A stretch of DNA of 64,000 nucleotides from Ostreococcus lucimarinus (taxonomy: Eukaryota). The stretch lies in assembly GCA_000092065.1 (NCBI GenBank), contig CP000583.1. One strand, given 5' to 3'. The translations under genes and the position numbers were made by a program. The stretch's first letter is position 1. Each line of letters begins with the position of its first letter. The notes beneath the pieces were generated by a model. It made no database searches, was not told the origin of the DNA, and saw only the letters and a program-made list of their open reading frames with translations. Shown here one piece after another: positions 27,391 through 37,600 of the stretch.

Positions 27391-28986
27391 ATGTCCGCAT
27401 CCTCCCGCAAGCGTAAACCCGACGCCGCGACGCTCCTAGAGACTCGCACGGACGCCGCCCGCATCGTCAGCGCGCTCCTCGCCGCCGCATCCCGACGCCA
27501 ACGCGGCTCGAGCATCAAATCGCTCACGCTCGCCGCGAACGTTCAACACAAACGCGCGACGCACGCGGTGACGTGTGAGACGATAAAACGCGTTAAAATA
27601 ATCAAACGTCTGTTTGCGGAATGTGCCGATGCGTCGGGCGCGCTCGAAGCGCTAGCGAGCGATGCGAGAACGGTGTCCAAAGGGAAAGACGGGGACGACG
27701 CGTGGAGAGCGCGAGGCGAGGCGTACGTGTACGCGTACGATTTGATGTTTGGTGATTCCAGACAGTTGGATCGATGGCGAGGGAACGATGGGGGGTGTGA
27801 TGTCGTGCGAGGTAATGCGGTAGCGTTGAAAGAAGCGCTCGAACGCGCGATGGCGCGAGAAGGGGTGAAGACGGTGAAGGAATTCGAGGACAAGAGCGTC
27901 GCGAGCGCGGCGCGGTATTCGCGCACGGCGAGGGTGAATACGCTGAAAACGACGGTGGATGAAGCGATGGAGGCGTTTCGAGAGGATGGATACGAGTGCG
28001 CGGTGGATTCTTTGATCGATACGCTGTTGGTTTTTCCCGCGGGGACGGATTTGCACGCGCACAAACTCGTAAAGACGGGCGCGGTGGTTTTGCAAGGACG
28101 GGCGAGTTGCTTACCGGCCGTTGCGTTAGCGCCCGAACGCGGGTGGGCGTGCATTGACGGTTGTGCCGCGCCTGGGAATAAGACGACGCAGTTGGCGGCG
28201 TTGGTCGGGCGTGAGGGTGGAGTGTACGCATTCGACGCCGACGCGAGACGATTGAAGCGATTGAAGGAGAACGCGGCGACGACGGGGAGTCAAGGGATTA
28301 TTCGAGCAAAGTGCCAAGACTTTCTCACGGTGGATCCAGGTAACACCGTGTACGCAAGCGTGCGAGCGCTGTTACTCGATCCATCGTGCTCGGGGTCGGG
28401 AACGGAGGTCAATCGCGGAGATATCATGCTCCGCGACGCCTTAGATGAAGACGACGTGGAAGAAATCGACGCCGAAGCCGACGCCGACGAAGAGCGCGTC
28501 GACAAGCTCGCTGCGTTTCAAAAGTCAGTATTAAAACACGCGTTCTGTTTCCCCGAAGTCGAGCGCGTGTCGTACAGCACATGCAGCGTGCACGAGAAGG
28601 AAAACGAAGAAGTTGTTCGCGACGTCATGGACGTTGCCGTGGAACACGGTTTTAAGCTTGCCCACGCGCTTCCAAAGTGGCATCGCAGAGGTATCGCCAT
28701 CGACGGATTGTCCACCGAGGACGCGCGATGCCTCATTCGAGCCGATCCGATCGAAGACGACATGGAGGGGTTTTTTGTCGCCATCTTTGAGCGAGACGTC
28801 GAACGCACGCGAAGCAAGGGTATTGGGTTGCCCGCTTCGAATCCGAACGCCGCCGAATCGGCGCTTCAACACAAGAAGAAGCGACCCGCCCTGGACGCTT
28901 CGACGGCGCGGCCGGTGTACGCCGCCGCGAAGTCGTCCAAGAAAAAGTCAAAGAGCGGTGGCAAACCGACGCCACTGTTCAGATGA
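27391..28986 (+). CDS. NSUN5: NSUN5/Rcm1-type 25S/28S rRNA (cytosine-C5)-methyltransferase.
   Basis: GSIKSLT, VTCETIKR, RVNTLKT, LLVFPAGTDLHAHKLVKTGAVVLQGRASCLPAVAL, CIDGCAAPGNKTTQLAALV and LLDPSCSGSG all match NSUN5 blocks. Confidence 0.9.
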   Translation: MSASSRKRKPDAATLLETRTDAARIVSALLAAASRRQRGSSIKSLTLAANVQHKRATHAVTCETIKRVKIIKRLFAECADASGALEALASDARTVSKGKDGDDAWRARGEAYVYAYDLMFGDSRQLDRWRGNDGGCDVVRGNAVALKEALERAMAREGVKTVKEFEDKSVASAARYSRTARVNTLKTTVDEAMEAFREDGYECAVDSLIDTLLVFPAGTDLHAHKLVKTGAVVLQGRASCLPAVALAPERGWACIDGCAAPGNKTTQLAALVGREGGVYAFDADARRLKRLKENAATTGSQGIIRAKCQDFLTVDPGNTVYASVRALLLDPSCSGSGTEVNRGDIMLRDALDEDDVEEIDAEADADEERVDKLAAFQKSVLKHAFCFPEVERVSYSTCSVHEKENEEVVRDVMDVAVEHGFKLAHALPKWHRRGIAIDGLSTEDARCLIRADPIEDDMEGFFVAIFERDVERTRSKGIGLPASNPNAAESALQHKKKRPALDASTARPVYAAAKSSKKKSKSGGKPTPLFR

Positions 28987-29083
28987 TTTCGGCTCGGCCG
29001 GCGCGAGAAAACTAGTATTAGGAAAGGAATATCGTTAGCATTAGAATAGCTAGATGTAGTAGTAGCGCGGCGGAAGACGTCGT

Positions 29084-29863
29084 TTAGTCTTCTTCCCAGG
29101 TCAACGCCTCCTTGACGTACTTGACGCCGAGCCCGAGCGACGTCAACGCGATGGGCGCCGCGCCCGCTTGCCAAGGCATATCCGGCGCGTACGCCACCCC
29201 ACGAGACATCAACGCCGCCGCGAGCGGAATCGAGCACACCGCGAGCAATTCGCCGTTCACAATCTTCGTGATTCGCGTCGCCAACTTTTCGCTCATCGGC
29301 TCCACTTCGCCCTTCGCCTTGGCCGCCGCGCGTCCGATAATTTTAATCGTCGGGAACAACGACGAGCTCCCCATCACGGTGAACAGCCACATCTTCACCC
29401 AGAAAATCGGTTCATGACTGTAGAACTCCCATCCTTTACCGTATTCCGTCGCTCGCAGGTACCCGGTGTACAGCACCAGCACTCCCGCGATGCCGTAGAT
29501 GGAATCCGCGACGACGAGTCGCTGTTCCTCCGCTTCGCTCATCCCAGCCTTCACCGTCCACTTCTCCGTCGTCAGCGCCCCGACGACCAAGACGAGACCC
29601 AAGTAGTGTCCGTACGCCGCGAACGCGCTCGCCACCGGGTCCACCGCGGCGTGCGCCGCGCCGGCGGCGAGCGTCGTCGCGAGCGCCGGCGTCGCCACCG
29701 CGAGCATCTTTTTCGCATCCTCGGCGCGCGTTTCGAGCGACACCGCATCGCGATCGCCGCGCGCGGGCGCGCGCGCGCGCGCGGCGACGCATCGTCGCGT
29801 CGTCGCGCGGGCGAACGACGCGCGGGGCGTCGTCTTGAGCGCGTTCGTGGATAACGAAAGCAT
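29084..29863 (-). CDS. Predicted organellar membrane protein (possibly DUF2214-like) with a transit-peptide-like N-terminus.
   Basis: ATG at 29861-29863 gives MLSLSTNALKTTPRASF..., followed by 3-4 hydrophobic helices (PIFWVKMWLFTVMGSSSLFPT). The upstream ATG at 29977 is an alternative start but crowds the neighbouring gene. Confidence 0.4.
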   Translation of the reverse strand: MLSLSTNALKTTPRASFARATTRRCVAARARAPARGDRDAVSLETRAEDAKKMLAVATPALATTLAAGAAHAAVDPVASAFAAYGHYLGLVLVVGALTTEKWTVKAGMSEAEEQRLVVADSIYGIAGVLVLYTGYLRATEYGKGWEFYSHEPIFWVKMWLFTVMGSSSLFPTIKIIGRAAAKAKGEVEPMSEKLATRITKIVNGELLAVCSIPLAAALMSRGVAYAPDMPWQAGAAPIALTSLGLGVKYVKEALTWEED

Positions 29864-30054
29864 GGCGACGCGCGAGAGAATGACGTCGGCACGGAGTGGA
29901 TAAAGCGTCCCGCGCCTCTCCGCGACGCGCGACGCGCGCGACGACGGCGCGGACGACGGCGTCGCGCGGCGTCGCATTCGAGCGCGCGCGCGCGCGCGCG
30001 CCCGCGCGCGCGAGCGGGCGTCGACGCGGAACGCGCGCGCGTCGAGCGCGCGCG

Positions 30055-30936
30055 ATGGGAGAGCGGTACGACGCGGCGAGCGCGCGCGAGATGTACGCGG
30101 ACGGATGCGCGTCGAGCGAGGCGCGCGCGTGCGTCGTCGTCGTGCCCGGTCTCGGCGACGGGCCGGCGTCGCTGTCGTACGTCGCGCGAGGGTCGGCGTT
30201 GGAGGCGCGGTGCGCGTCGACGGCGCGCGCGCTGATTCGGTTCGAGCTGTCGACCTCGTACGAGGGCTACGGGACGCGACGGCTGCGCGACGACGCGCGC
30301 GATATCGACGCGGTGATTCGGGCGCTGCGCGTCAAGTTTCCGCTCGCGACGTCGTTCGCGTTGGTCGGGCACTCCACGGGGTGTCAATCGATATGTCACT
30401 ACCTGGCGAGCGGTTACGACTCGGCGTCGGCGGTGGATCGAATCGTGTTGCAGGCTGGCGTGAGCGATCGGGATTGGTACGACGCGGATTGCGGGCGCGA
30501 GGTGATGCGAGAGTGGGTGGCGCGCGCGCGGGAGATGGCGCCGGATGATTTGATGCCGGCGGACACGCCGGGAACGTACGGCGTCGCGACCAACGCGAGA
30601 AGGTTTCTCAGCCTCGCGAGCGCGGGAGGCGACGACGATTGGTTTTCGCTCGACATCTTCGACGGCTCGTCGGGCGAAGGGGTGGAGTCGTCGAAAATCG
30701 TGCGCAAGTTGGGCGCTGGTGCGTGCGCTCGCGTCGACGTGCGTTTGGTCGTTTCGACGGCGGATGAGTACGTGCCGTACGATAGAGACGTCGTCGTCGC
30801 GCACAACGAACGCATCCGCGACGCTTTCGCACGCGTGGCGAAGAGCGCGCGCACGCATTACATCGAGGCGAACCACGATTTGAGCGACATGGCCGAGAAA
30901 GACGCGCCCGGTTTCGTCGATTTCGTCTTGTCATAG
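30055..30936 (+). CDS. Alpha/beta-hydrolase of the DUF1749 family (GHSTGCQ nucleophile elbow).
   Basis: VVVPGLGDG...LVGHSTGCQSICHYL is typical of DUF1749 serine hydrolases. Start placed at the in-frame ATG 30055, because the track start is GTG and would overlap the divergent neighbour. Confidence 0.6.
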   Translation: MGERYDAASAREMYADGCASSEARACVVVVPGLGDGPASLSYVARGSALEARCASTARALIRFELSTSYEGYGTRRLRDDARDIDAVIRALRVKFPLATSFALVGHSTGCQSICHYLASGYDSASAVDRIVLQAGVSDRDWYDADCGREVMREWVARAREMAPDDLMPADTPGTYGVATNARRFLSLASAGGDDDWFSLDIFDGSSGEGVESSKIVRKLGAGACARVDVRLVVSTADEYVPYDRDVVVAHNERIRDAFARVAKSARTHYIEANHDLSDMAEKDAPGFVDFVLS

Positions 30937-30997
30937 AAAGAATAGCGGCTAGATTTGCTAGTGTACAATATGTTTCTGTGCGGTTCAATTTCTCTGT

Positions 30998-31789
30998 TCA
31001 GCGCCGTCTTGCTGGCGCTTTCTTTTTATCTTTCGCCTTGCCCAAGCCCAAGCCGAAGAGCGCTTCCGCCTCTTTCTCCTTCGCTTCTTCGCGTTCGCGC
31101 GCGCGGCGCTCATCCTCTGTTTCTTCTCGCTCGTAAACGCTCGCGGCGTACGCCTGCGGCGCACCCCGTTTCTTCGGCGACTTAATCTTCGCGTTCGCGT
31201 TCAATCCCACGACGAACTGCTTCCTAAACGATTTGAAATTCGTCTTAGATTCCGGCGACGACGCCTTCGTCTCCGCGACGGCGACGCGAGGCGCGAAACC
31301 AATCGTCACCGTCTCCGCCTCCCCCAAAACCTCCACGCCCCTGCGTTCGCGACTTCGCATCATCTCCCCCCCATCATCCGTCACCAACACCGGCGCGATC
31401 GCATCGTCATCCGGTTCCGTCGCGCTCCCTTCGTCCGGCTCCGTCGCGCTCGCGTCGTCCTCCTCGAACCGCGCTCGCACGTACGTCCCCCCCCTCCCCA
31501 CCGCGATCTCCACCGCGCCGTCCTCTCGCGACATCACGCGCGTCCACTCGCTCGAGACCGCTCTCCCGCCCTCGCGCGCGCGCGTGCCGTGCGTCGAGCC
31601 CAGGTCTCGACACTCCAACGCGTGCCCGACTGTTCGAAATTCGCAGTGCCGCCTCGACGTCGTCGCGTCGCCCTCGCCCGTGCGAAGCGTCGCGCTCGCG
31701 TGCCGCCCGACGACGACGACGCCGTCCCGCGCGTTTTTCGCGCACGTCGCGCGCGACCGTCCGTCCGCCGTCTCGACGACGAACGGCAT
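30998..31789 (-). CDS. FHA-domain protein with an acidic tandem repeat and a basic Lys/Glu-rich C-terminal tail.
   Basis: GRHASATLRTGEGDATTSRRHCEF...DLGSTHGTRA FHA core. DASATEPDEGSATEPDD repeat. Confidence 0.55.
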   Translation of the reverse strand: MPFVVETADGRSRATCAKNARDGVVVVGRHASATLRTGEGDATTSRRHCEFRTVGHALECRDLGSTHGTRAREGGRAVSSEWTRVMSREDGAVEIAVGRGGTYVRARFEEDDASATEPDEGSATEPDDDAIAPVLVTDDGGEMMRSRERRGVEVLGEAETVTIGFAPRVAVAETKASSPESKTNFKSFRKQFVVGLNANAKIKSPKKRGAPQAYAASVYEREETEDERRAREREEAKEKEAEALFGLGLGKAKDKKKAPARRR

Positions 31790-31906
31790 CGTCGATCGCG
31801 CCTCGATGTGACGCCGGGCGCTCGCGAGCGCGCGCCTTTTCTCCTCGCGCTCGAGCCCTTCGTCGCCGCGCGCGGGCGCGCGCGGCCGCCGACCGTCGCG
31901 CGTCGC

Positions 31907-32202
31907 TCACCGCTCGTCGTGCACGATGTGCGCGCCCCCGCGCAGGGCGTCGAAGAGCTCGAGCGCGGCCCGAACCGCGTTCCCGGACGTTCTCGACGTG
32001 CTCGTCGCATCCATCTCGCCGCCCGCGCGCAGCGCGTCGACGCCGTCGGCGTCGATCGTCGCGCCGTCGGCGTCGAGGGAGGTGTTCACGAGGTCGGCGT
32101 AGGCCGCGGCGGCCTGCTCCTCGGCGGTGAGCTCGAGGCCGGCGCCGGGGGAGAAGCCCGCGCGCGCGGACGCGCGCGCGTTCGCGAGCGCGGACGTCAG
32201 CG

Positions 32203-32238
<36 letters not shown>

Positions 32239-32326
32239 GCGCGCGCGAGACGCGCGAGACGCGCGAGCGTCGGCGCGGCGTCGGCGCGGCGACGGCCGAG
32301 GCGTCGACGCGCGACGCGCGCATCAT
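31907..32326 (-). CDS. Hypothetical small protein (140 aa), Ala/Asp-rich. Orientation and extent are uncertain.
   Basis: The last 75 codons have almost saturated GC3 on the minus strand (…AAYADLVNTSLDADGATIDADGVDALRAGGEMD…IVHDER). The upstream part of the 359-aa track ORF reads as non-coding. Confidence 0.3.
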
Positions 32327-32342
32327 TGGGAGTCGCGCGCCG

Positions 32343-32852
32343 ATGAATGACGACGACGCGCGCGAGCGGCCGCCGCCGGGCGGCTCCGACGCGGACGACG
32401 ACGACGACGAGCGCGATGCGGCGCGACGCGCGGCGCGCGCCGAGGCGGCGCGCGCGAGCGGCGTCGCGCGAGCGCTGCGACGGCGACGGAAGACGGTGGG
32501 CGGCGGGACGTCGAGCGTCGGGCGACGGAAATCGTCGTTCGACGACGCGCGCGACGCGCGGGGACGGACGAACGGGAGCGCGCGGGCGCGGGCGACGCGC
32601 TCGTTCGAGAGCGACGCCGAGGACGAGGGCGCGCGATGGGGAGACGGGGACGGGGACGCGTCGAGAAAGTACGCGTTGGAGACGCGGTTGCGAAAGATGC
32701 GCGCGCTGCCGAAAGGATCGAGGTACGCGAAGCAGCAGTGCGAGTTGATCGAGAAGGCGTTGGATATTTTAGCGAGAGGAAAGCGGCGGGGGGCGCGAAG
32801 CGCGGAGGAAGAGGACGAACTCGCGGGGTTGTTAAAAGCCGTGAAGCTTTGA
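32343..32852 (+). CDS. Hypothetical small acidic/basic disordered protein with a conserved-looking helical C-terminus (RLRKMRALPKGSRYAKQQCELIEKALDILARGKRRG).
   Basis: In-frame ATG at 32343. High GC3. The C-terminal 60 aa are non-repetitive. It overlaps the weaker N-terminal part of the 31907..32986 minus ORF. Confidence 0.3.
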   Translation: MNDDDARERPPPGGSDADDDDDERDAARRAARAEAARASGVARALRRRRKTVGGGTSSVGRRKSSFDDARDARGRTNGSARARATRSFESDAEDEGARWGDGDGDASRKYALETRLRKMRALPKGSRYAKQQCELIEKALDILARGKRRGARSAEEEDELAGLLKAVKL

Positions 32853-33023
32853 CGGAACTTTGACGGAGGGGGCGCCCGGGCGCGCATAGCGATCATAGAA
32901 GCGGTAGGACAGTACGAATATCTTTGTAGTATGTATCGGGCACGCCGAACGCCGAAGGCGGCGCCTGTTTGCTTTGCAAAATTCACTAATATTACACTTT
33001 TCGTCGGTCGCCGAACTTGAACT

Positions 33024-34541
33024 TTACGTTTGGTAAATTCGACTCGCGTCGCTCAAGATGCGCTTCTTGCGGATGCGGAACGCGATGGCTGTGGCCATGT
33101 TCCCACTCGCCGATTTCAATTGTTCGGCGTCTTCTTCGAGGGTGGTGGGGTATTCCGCTAATCGCGCCGAGACGGCGGCTTGGATGGCGTCCGCGGCGCG
33201 CTTTTCGGGCGCGCCCCCTCCGAGTTTAAACCCGTCTACCCCGTTTGCCTTGGCGAATTCTTCCGGAGTCGCGAGAACGGCTCTGAGCGCCCACAGAAGC
33301 TTGTCTTCGGCGGTTCCGTCCGAGATGAAATTCGCATTCCAGAGCGCTTCGTCGAGTTCGGGATGCGTGCGCTTGAGTGTGGCAAGACGCTTCGAGTCGG
33401 CACCGAGCGCACGCTTCATCGGCTCGTGATTGGCCTGCAAAAATGGTAGAAATCCCTCAAACCGATAGACGTCCGCGACGTTGTCGGAATCGACGAATCC
33501 GTAGCGTGTGATCAACTCGTCGTTGTTCAACACGCCGTACGAGATGAACACTTCTTCGCCAGTCTTATATTCTCTCGGCGAACGTAACACGAACGCACCG
33601 CCGCTAAACTCAAACTCCGTCTTGAGCATCGTTTTATGATTCAACGCGTCGATGAGCGGCATGAGCACGTATGCTGTCTTGCTATCGCGATCGCTGTTGC
33701 TCGTCGAATCAAAAACCGTCAACGCCAAGACGGCGAACACGGCCAACCATCGACCCTCCGCCGACGGTGCCGTCATGAAAGTCGCGAAGCACATCCCCAC
33801 CGCGAGTGAGCGCGGTAGTAATTTCGCGCGCAGCTTCGCGTCATCCACCAGTCGTCCACTAAATACGCGCGAGCGCACGTTATCAAGCGCCCAAACGATG
33901 CGCTCATCCGACAAGGACGCCAAAGCCCCGCCTTTGGCCGCGTGTTTCCTCACCAGTCTAATCGCCTCCGCGTTCTCATCGCGCTGTTCCCGCGCAATCT
34001 TCTCCCCAATCGGGTACTGCAACGCTCGCACTTCGTCCTCGGAGTACGACCCGATCAAATTGAACGTCTCCGGAAGTTGCTTCAAGTACGCCGCGAACGC
34101 GCTCTCCGCCCCCAACGCGTATTCACGTAACAACACCAGCGCCACTCGAAGCGCCCATTTCTCCTCCCCGGCTGCGTTCCAAAGTTCGTCGCTCATGAAG
34201 TCTTCGTGCGGATTCTCTTGTCCTTCGAGCACGACGAGCGCGGCGCCGCGCGGGAGCGTCACCAGCGCCTCGTCCACTTTGATGTTCTTCTTCGCCACCA
34301 CCCCGCGCGTGGTTTCAGCCGCGTCCGCGGCGCCGCCGACGTATGAAATCTCTAGCGAATCACCCTTGACGTCTCTGGCGGCGAGCCATTCGGCGTAGAC
34401 CTCGGCGTCGGCGCGAGAGGCGGCGGCGGCGACTCTTCGGGGCTGAGGTTGGGCGAGGACGGCGCGGCGGATGGTGACGCGCGCGCGCGCGGAAGCGGTC
34501 GACGGCGCGCAGACAGTCGTTCGCGTGACAACCGCACGCAT
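33024..34541 (-). CDS. SET-domain protein-lysine N-methyltransferase, Rubisco LSMT-like (SET plus Rubisco-LSMT substrate-binding domain), with an N-terminal transit-peptide-like region.
   Basis: SET core (...GEEVFISYG...NHS-like) followed by a helical C-terminal substrate-binding-like domain. True ATG at 34539-34541. Confidence 0.55.
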   Translation of the reverse strand: MRAVVTRTTVCAPSTASARARVTIRRAVLAQPQPRRVAAAASRADAEVYAEWLAARDVKGDSLEISYVGGAADAAETTRGVVAKKNIKVDEALVTLPRGAALVVLEGQENPHEDFMSDELWNAAGEEKWALRVALVLLREYALGAESAFAAYLKQLPETFNLIGSYSEDEVRALQYPIGEKIAREQRDENAEAIRLVRKHAAKGGALASLSDERIVWALDNVRSRVFSGRLVDDAKLRAKLLPRSLAVGMCFATFMTAPSAEGRWLAVFAVLALTVFDSTSNSDRDSKTAYVLMPLIDALNHKTMLKTEFEFSGGAFVLRSPREYKTGEEVFISYGVLNNDELITRYGFVDSDNVADVYRFEGFLPFLQANHEPMKRALGADSKRLATLKRTHPELDEALWNANFISDGTAEDKLLWALRAVLATPEEFAKANGVDGFKLGGGAPEKRAADAIQAAVSARLAEYPTTLEEDAEQLKSASGNMATAIAFRIRKKRILSDASRIYQT

Positions 34542-34698
34542 TCCGACAGTTTCTCGCGCGCGGTTCGGCGCTGGACGCGCTTCCGGTTGTGCGGACGGGG
34601 CTGCCGCGCGACCCGCGTCGTAGCCGACGCGAGCGTTTCGCTAACGCTGATGTTTTACACACAATTTTGCTACGATTCGCTTTGATGCGCACGATGAA

Positions 34699-37600
34699 CT
34701 ATTTCCATACTTTCACACTCATGTCTCGGCTGGCAGAGATGAGCATTTTGCCGGCAGCGCCTGATACCGCGGCGAGCGCGACGACGGCGTCGCGATGACA
34801 GTCGTGACGCTCGTGCGCGGCGCCCTGAGAGATGTTCTTGCGCGAACTTTCGGGGACTGGAGCGGGATACTCTTGCTGAATCACCACACCGCTCACAGAC
34901 TTTTCGGCAAACTTTGGTCGAGGGCCGGAAATTTTGCCGGAGACGATACGCGATTTGTTTGCGTCGCCGGGGTGCCAGACGCGGATGCACGCGTCGGTGC
35001 TTCCAGAAATGATTGCTCCGTTAGGGAGCGCGAGCAACGTCCGCACGCCCGGTGGTCGCGAAGACATAGACATCAACTCATCTGCGCGCAAGTCTTCGTT
35101 GAAATTTCCGTACGCCTTGTTGACGAGCGTTGAAGAGTGAATGAGCGCGCTCTGCGATTGCGGCACCATCCGTAATCGGCCATTCGCCTCCATAGCGATG
35201 GGTTGCGCTCGTGCCTCTGCATCGAGTGCTGCGCCTTGTCCACGTAAAACGCGTAAGATGCGTCGACATCCACCATCAGCAATATCCCACAACGCGACCT
35301 CGTCGTGACCGGCACTACACCACACCAGCGGACGCGTCACGGCCCCTGGAGAACTGCGTGACGTCGGAGCGATCGCCATAGCTTCAATACCAGCTCCTCG
35401 CGACGGATGATTCCATTCTTGAACACAAGTTTGGAAGCGCATGTCGAGTAAATTGATCGAACCACTCGCAGTTCCGATGACGAGCCAAGATGCCGCGCCG
35501 CTAGTATCGAGCGCGAGCGACGAAGCCACGCCAATCTTTGGATTGAGCGGCATCCTAAAGGCGTCGCGCGGCGAACGATAATCCCAACCGTACACGGCGC
35601 CAGTCTGAGTGATGTAGCACCCCATATGCTCACTGAGTGATGCAACAGCGTTGACGGCACCTTCCTCTTTGTTCACGTGCCGAATCTCTGCCGCACCCGT
35701 GTACTTATCTGGTACTGGTCGTTCATGCGGAGATTTTCCCGCATCCTTCGTCGCGTACTCGACGCGCCACGCGTGCACGGTGCCATTGTCACTTCCACTG
35801 ACGATGTGCGAATTTGAAGTGCTCGCGACGGATGTAATTCTACCTCCCTGGGACGCATAAGTCAAACGAGATTGAAAGGAAACATCCTTTTCAATTCTGC
35901 GTGTATCCCAAATCTTACAGCTTCCGTCCTCACTCCCCGTCACGAAGAAAACTTCCTCGCGGTCCACTGCGATTGACGTGACCGTTCCTCGATGTTCTAA
36001 AAGATGCGCGACAAGGATACCGCGTGGCGTCCATGAATCATCGCCTGCATTCGTTGATACGTTCGTTTCCATGTCAGGTGGACCATTCGGTTTGAATCTA
36101 TTCGCTCCAATGTCAAAGCGACGGACAGCGGCGGACAACGTTTCCACTACTGATGAACTAGTGGTGTCCACGAGCAAGGCATCGTTTTCTGTATCTTCTC
36201 GAAGAAAGATCGCCTGTGCATCTTGAGGCAAGATGAGAGATCTCTTTGGTCCGAAAATCGTCGTCCAGGCATCGTTATTATTCACGTTCACAAATTCTTC
36301 CGCTTCGACATCCTCCACGATGCTTGGTGGTTCGCTCGACTTGAAGCGAGGCGAATTGTTACCTCCAGTACTCTCTACGCTCAAGCGCGTTTGGCGAGCA
36401 TTCGCGAGCACTTTGATGTACGGTGACATCGCTTTAATGCTCGGAAATTCGGCCTCTGCGTTATACGCCGCGATTGCCGTCTCATCATTCACATTTTGAA
36501 AGCTTTGTCCGTCCAGCGGTCTGTCCATCCGCGCACTCACGGCGGCGTACACTGCCGCCGTGCGCATGCCCGTGGCCGTATTCACCGCAGATTCAAACGC
36601 ACTTCGCGTCGGAGGAGGGTACAGACACATCGCCAGAACTTCAGGTTCGTTCAAAAATTCCGGAGTTAAGCTCAGAAGCTTGAATCGGCTCGGATCAGAC
36701 TTGTCCAAAAAAGGCTTCACGATCGGTACCAAAAATGTAAAGGCATCCACGGGCCCCAAGCTCTTCGCCGCTGTAGAAAAAAACTCTTGCGCCGCGTTAC
36801 GCACCACGGCTGAAGGATGGCACAACAAATGGCTCGCAGTCTTTGCGACATTTATGGTCGCTTGTTTACCAACTTGAATCATTTTACTTCGTTCGAGGTC
36901 GGAATCCATGGGCGACACGAGCGTCGACATGCACCGCAACGCATTAGCAATGACTGAGTCTTGTACGTCGATGAGGCAACGATCGATGCACGGTACCAAA
37001 ACGAGCTCGCACGACGCTCGACCGATGAACTTTCCAACACCTGCAATGTACTTGAAGAACGCACATCGTAGCTGCGGAGACTGCGCGTTGAGGCACGTAA
37101 TCATGAGTGGCATAAGAAAGTCTTTCGTGTCATCTCGTCCAAAGAAATGCGCCAAGTGCGTTGAATTTGCTAGCATCTCCTCCCAAGTCGCAGTATCGGC
37201 GTCACCAGTCTTACCACCCATCAAATTGTACAGAATATTCTGCACTGTTGTCCTAGCTACCGTTAATTCATCGTCGAAACTAATCGGATCACCTCCCTGC
37301 CCCGAATTCGCCGCTGCATACTGCAAAAACGCGAGACTCAAACGCGCGAGCTGCGCTAACACGCTCGCCAAAGTCACGCGAACCAAGCGCTCGGGGTCTC
37401 CAGCGGCGTTGCTCACCATTGGCCAGATATATTCTGGAAACACGCCAAAATCACTTTGCGGGATATCTTCCACGAAGCGTAAGATTTCAGCGATGGCGCG
37501 CAACGCCGCAGCTCGGACGGATGCCGCTCTATCTTGCAACATAGATGCGCAATATGGCAACATTTGCTGAAGAATGCAATGATCCGTCGCCATCGGACTT

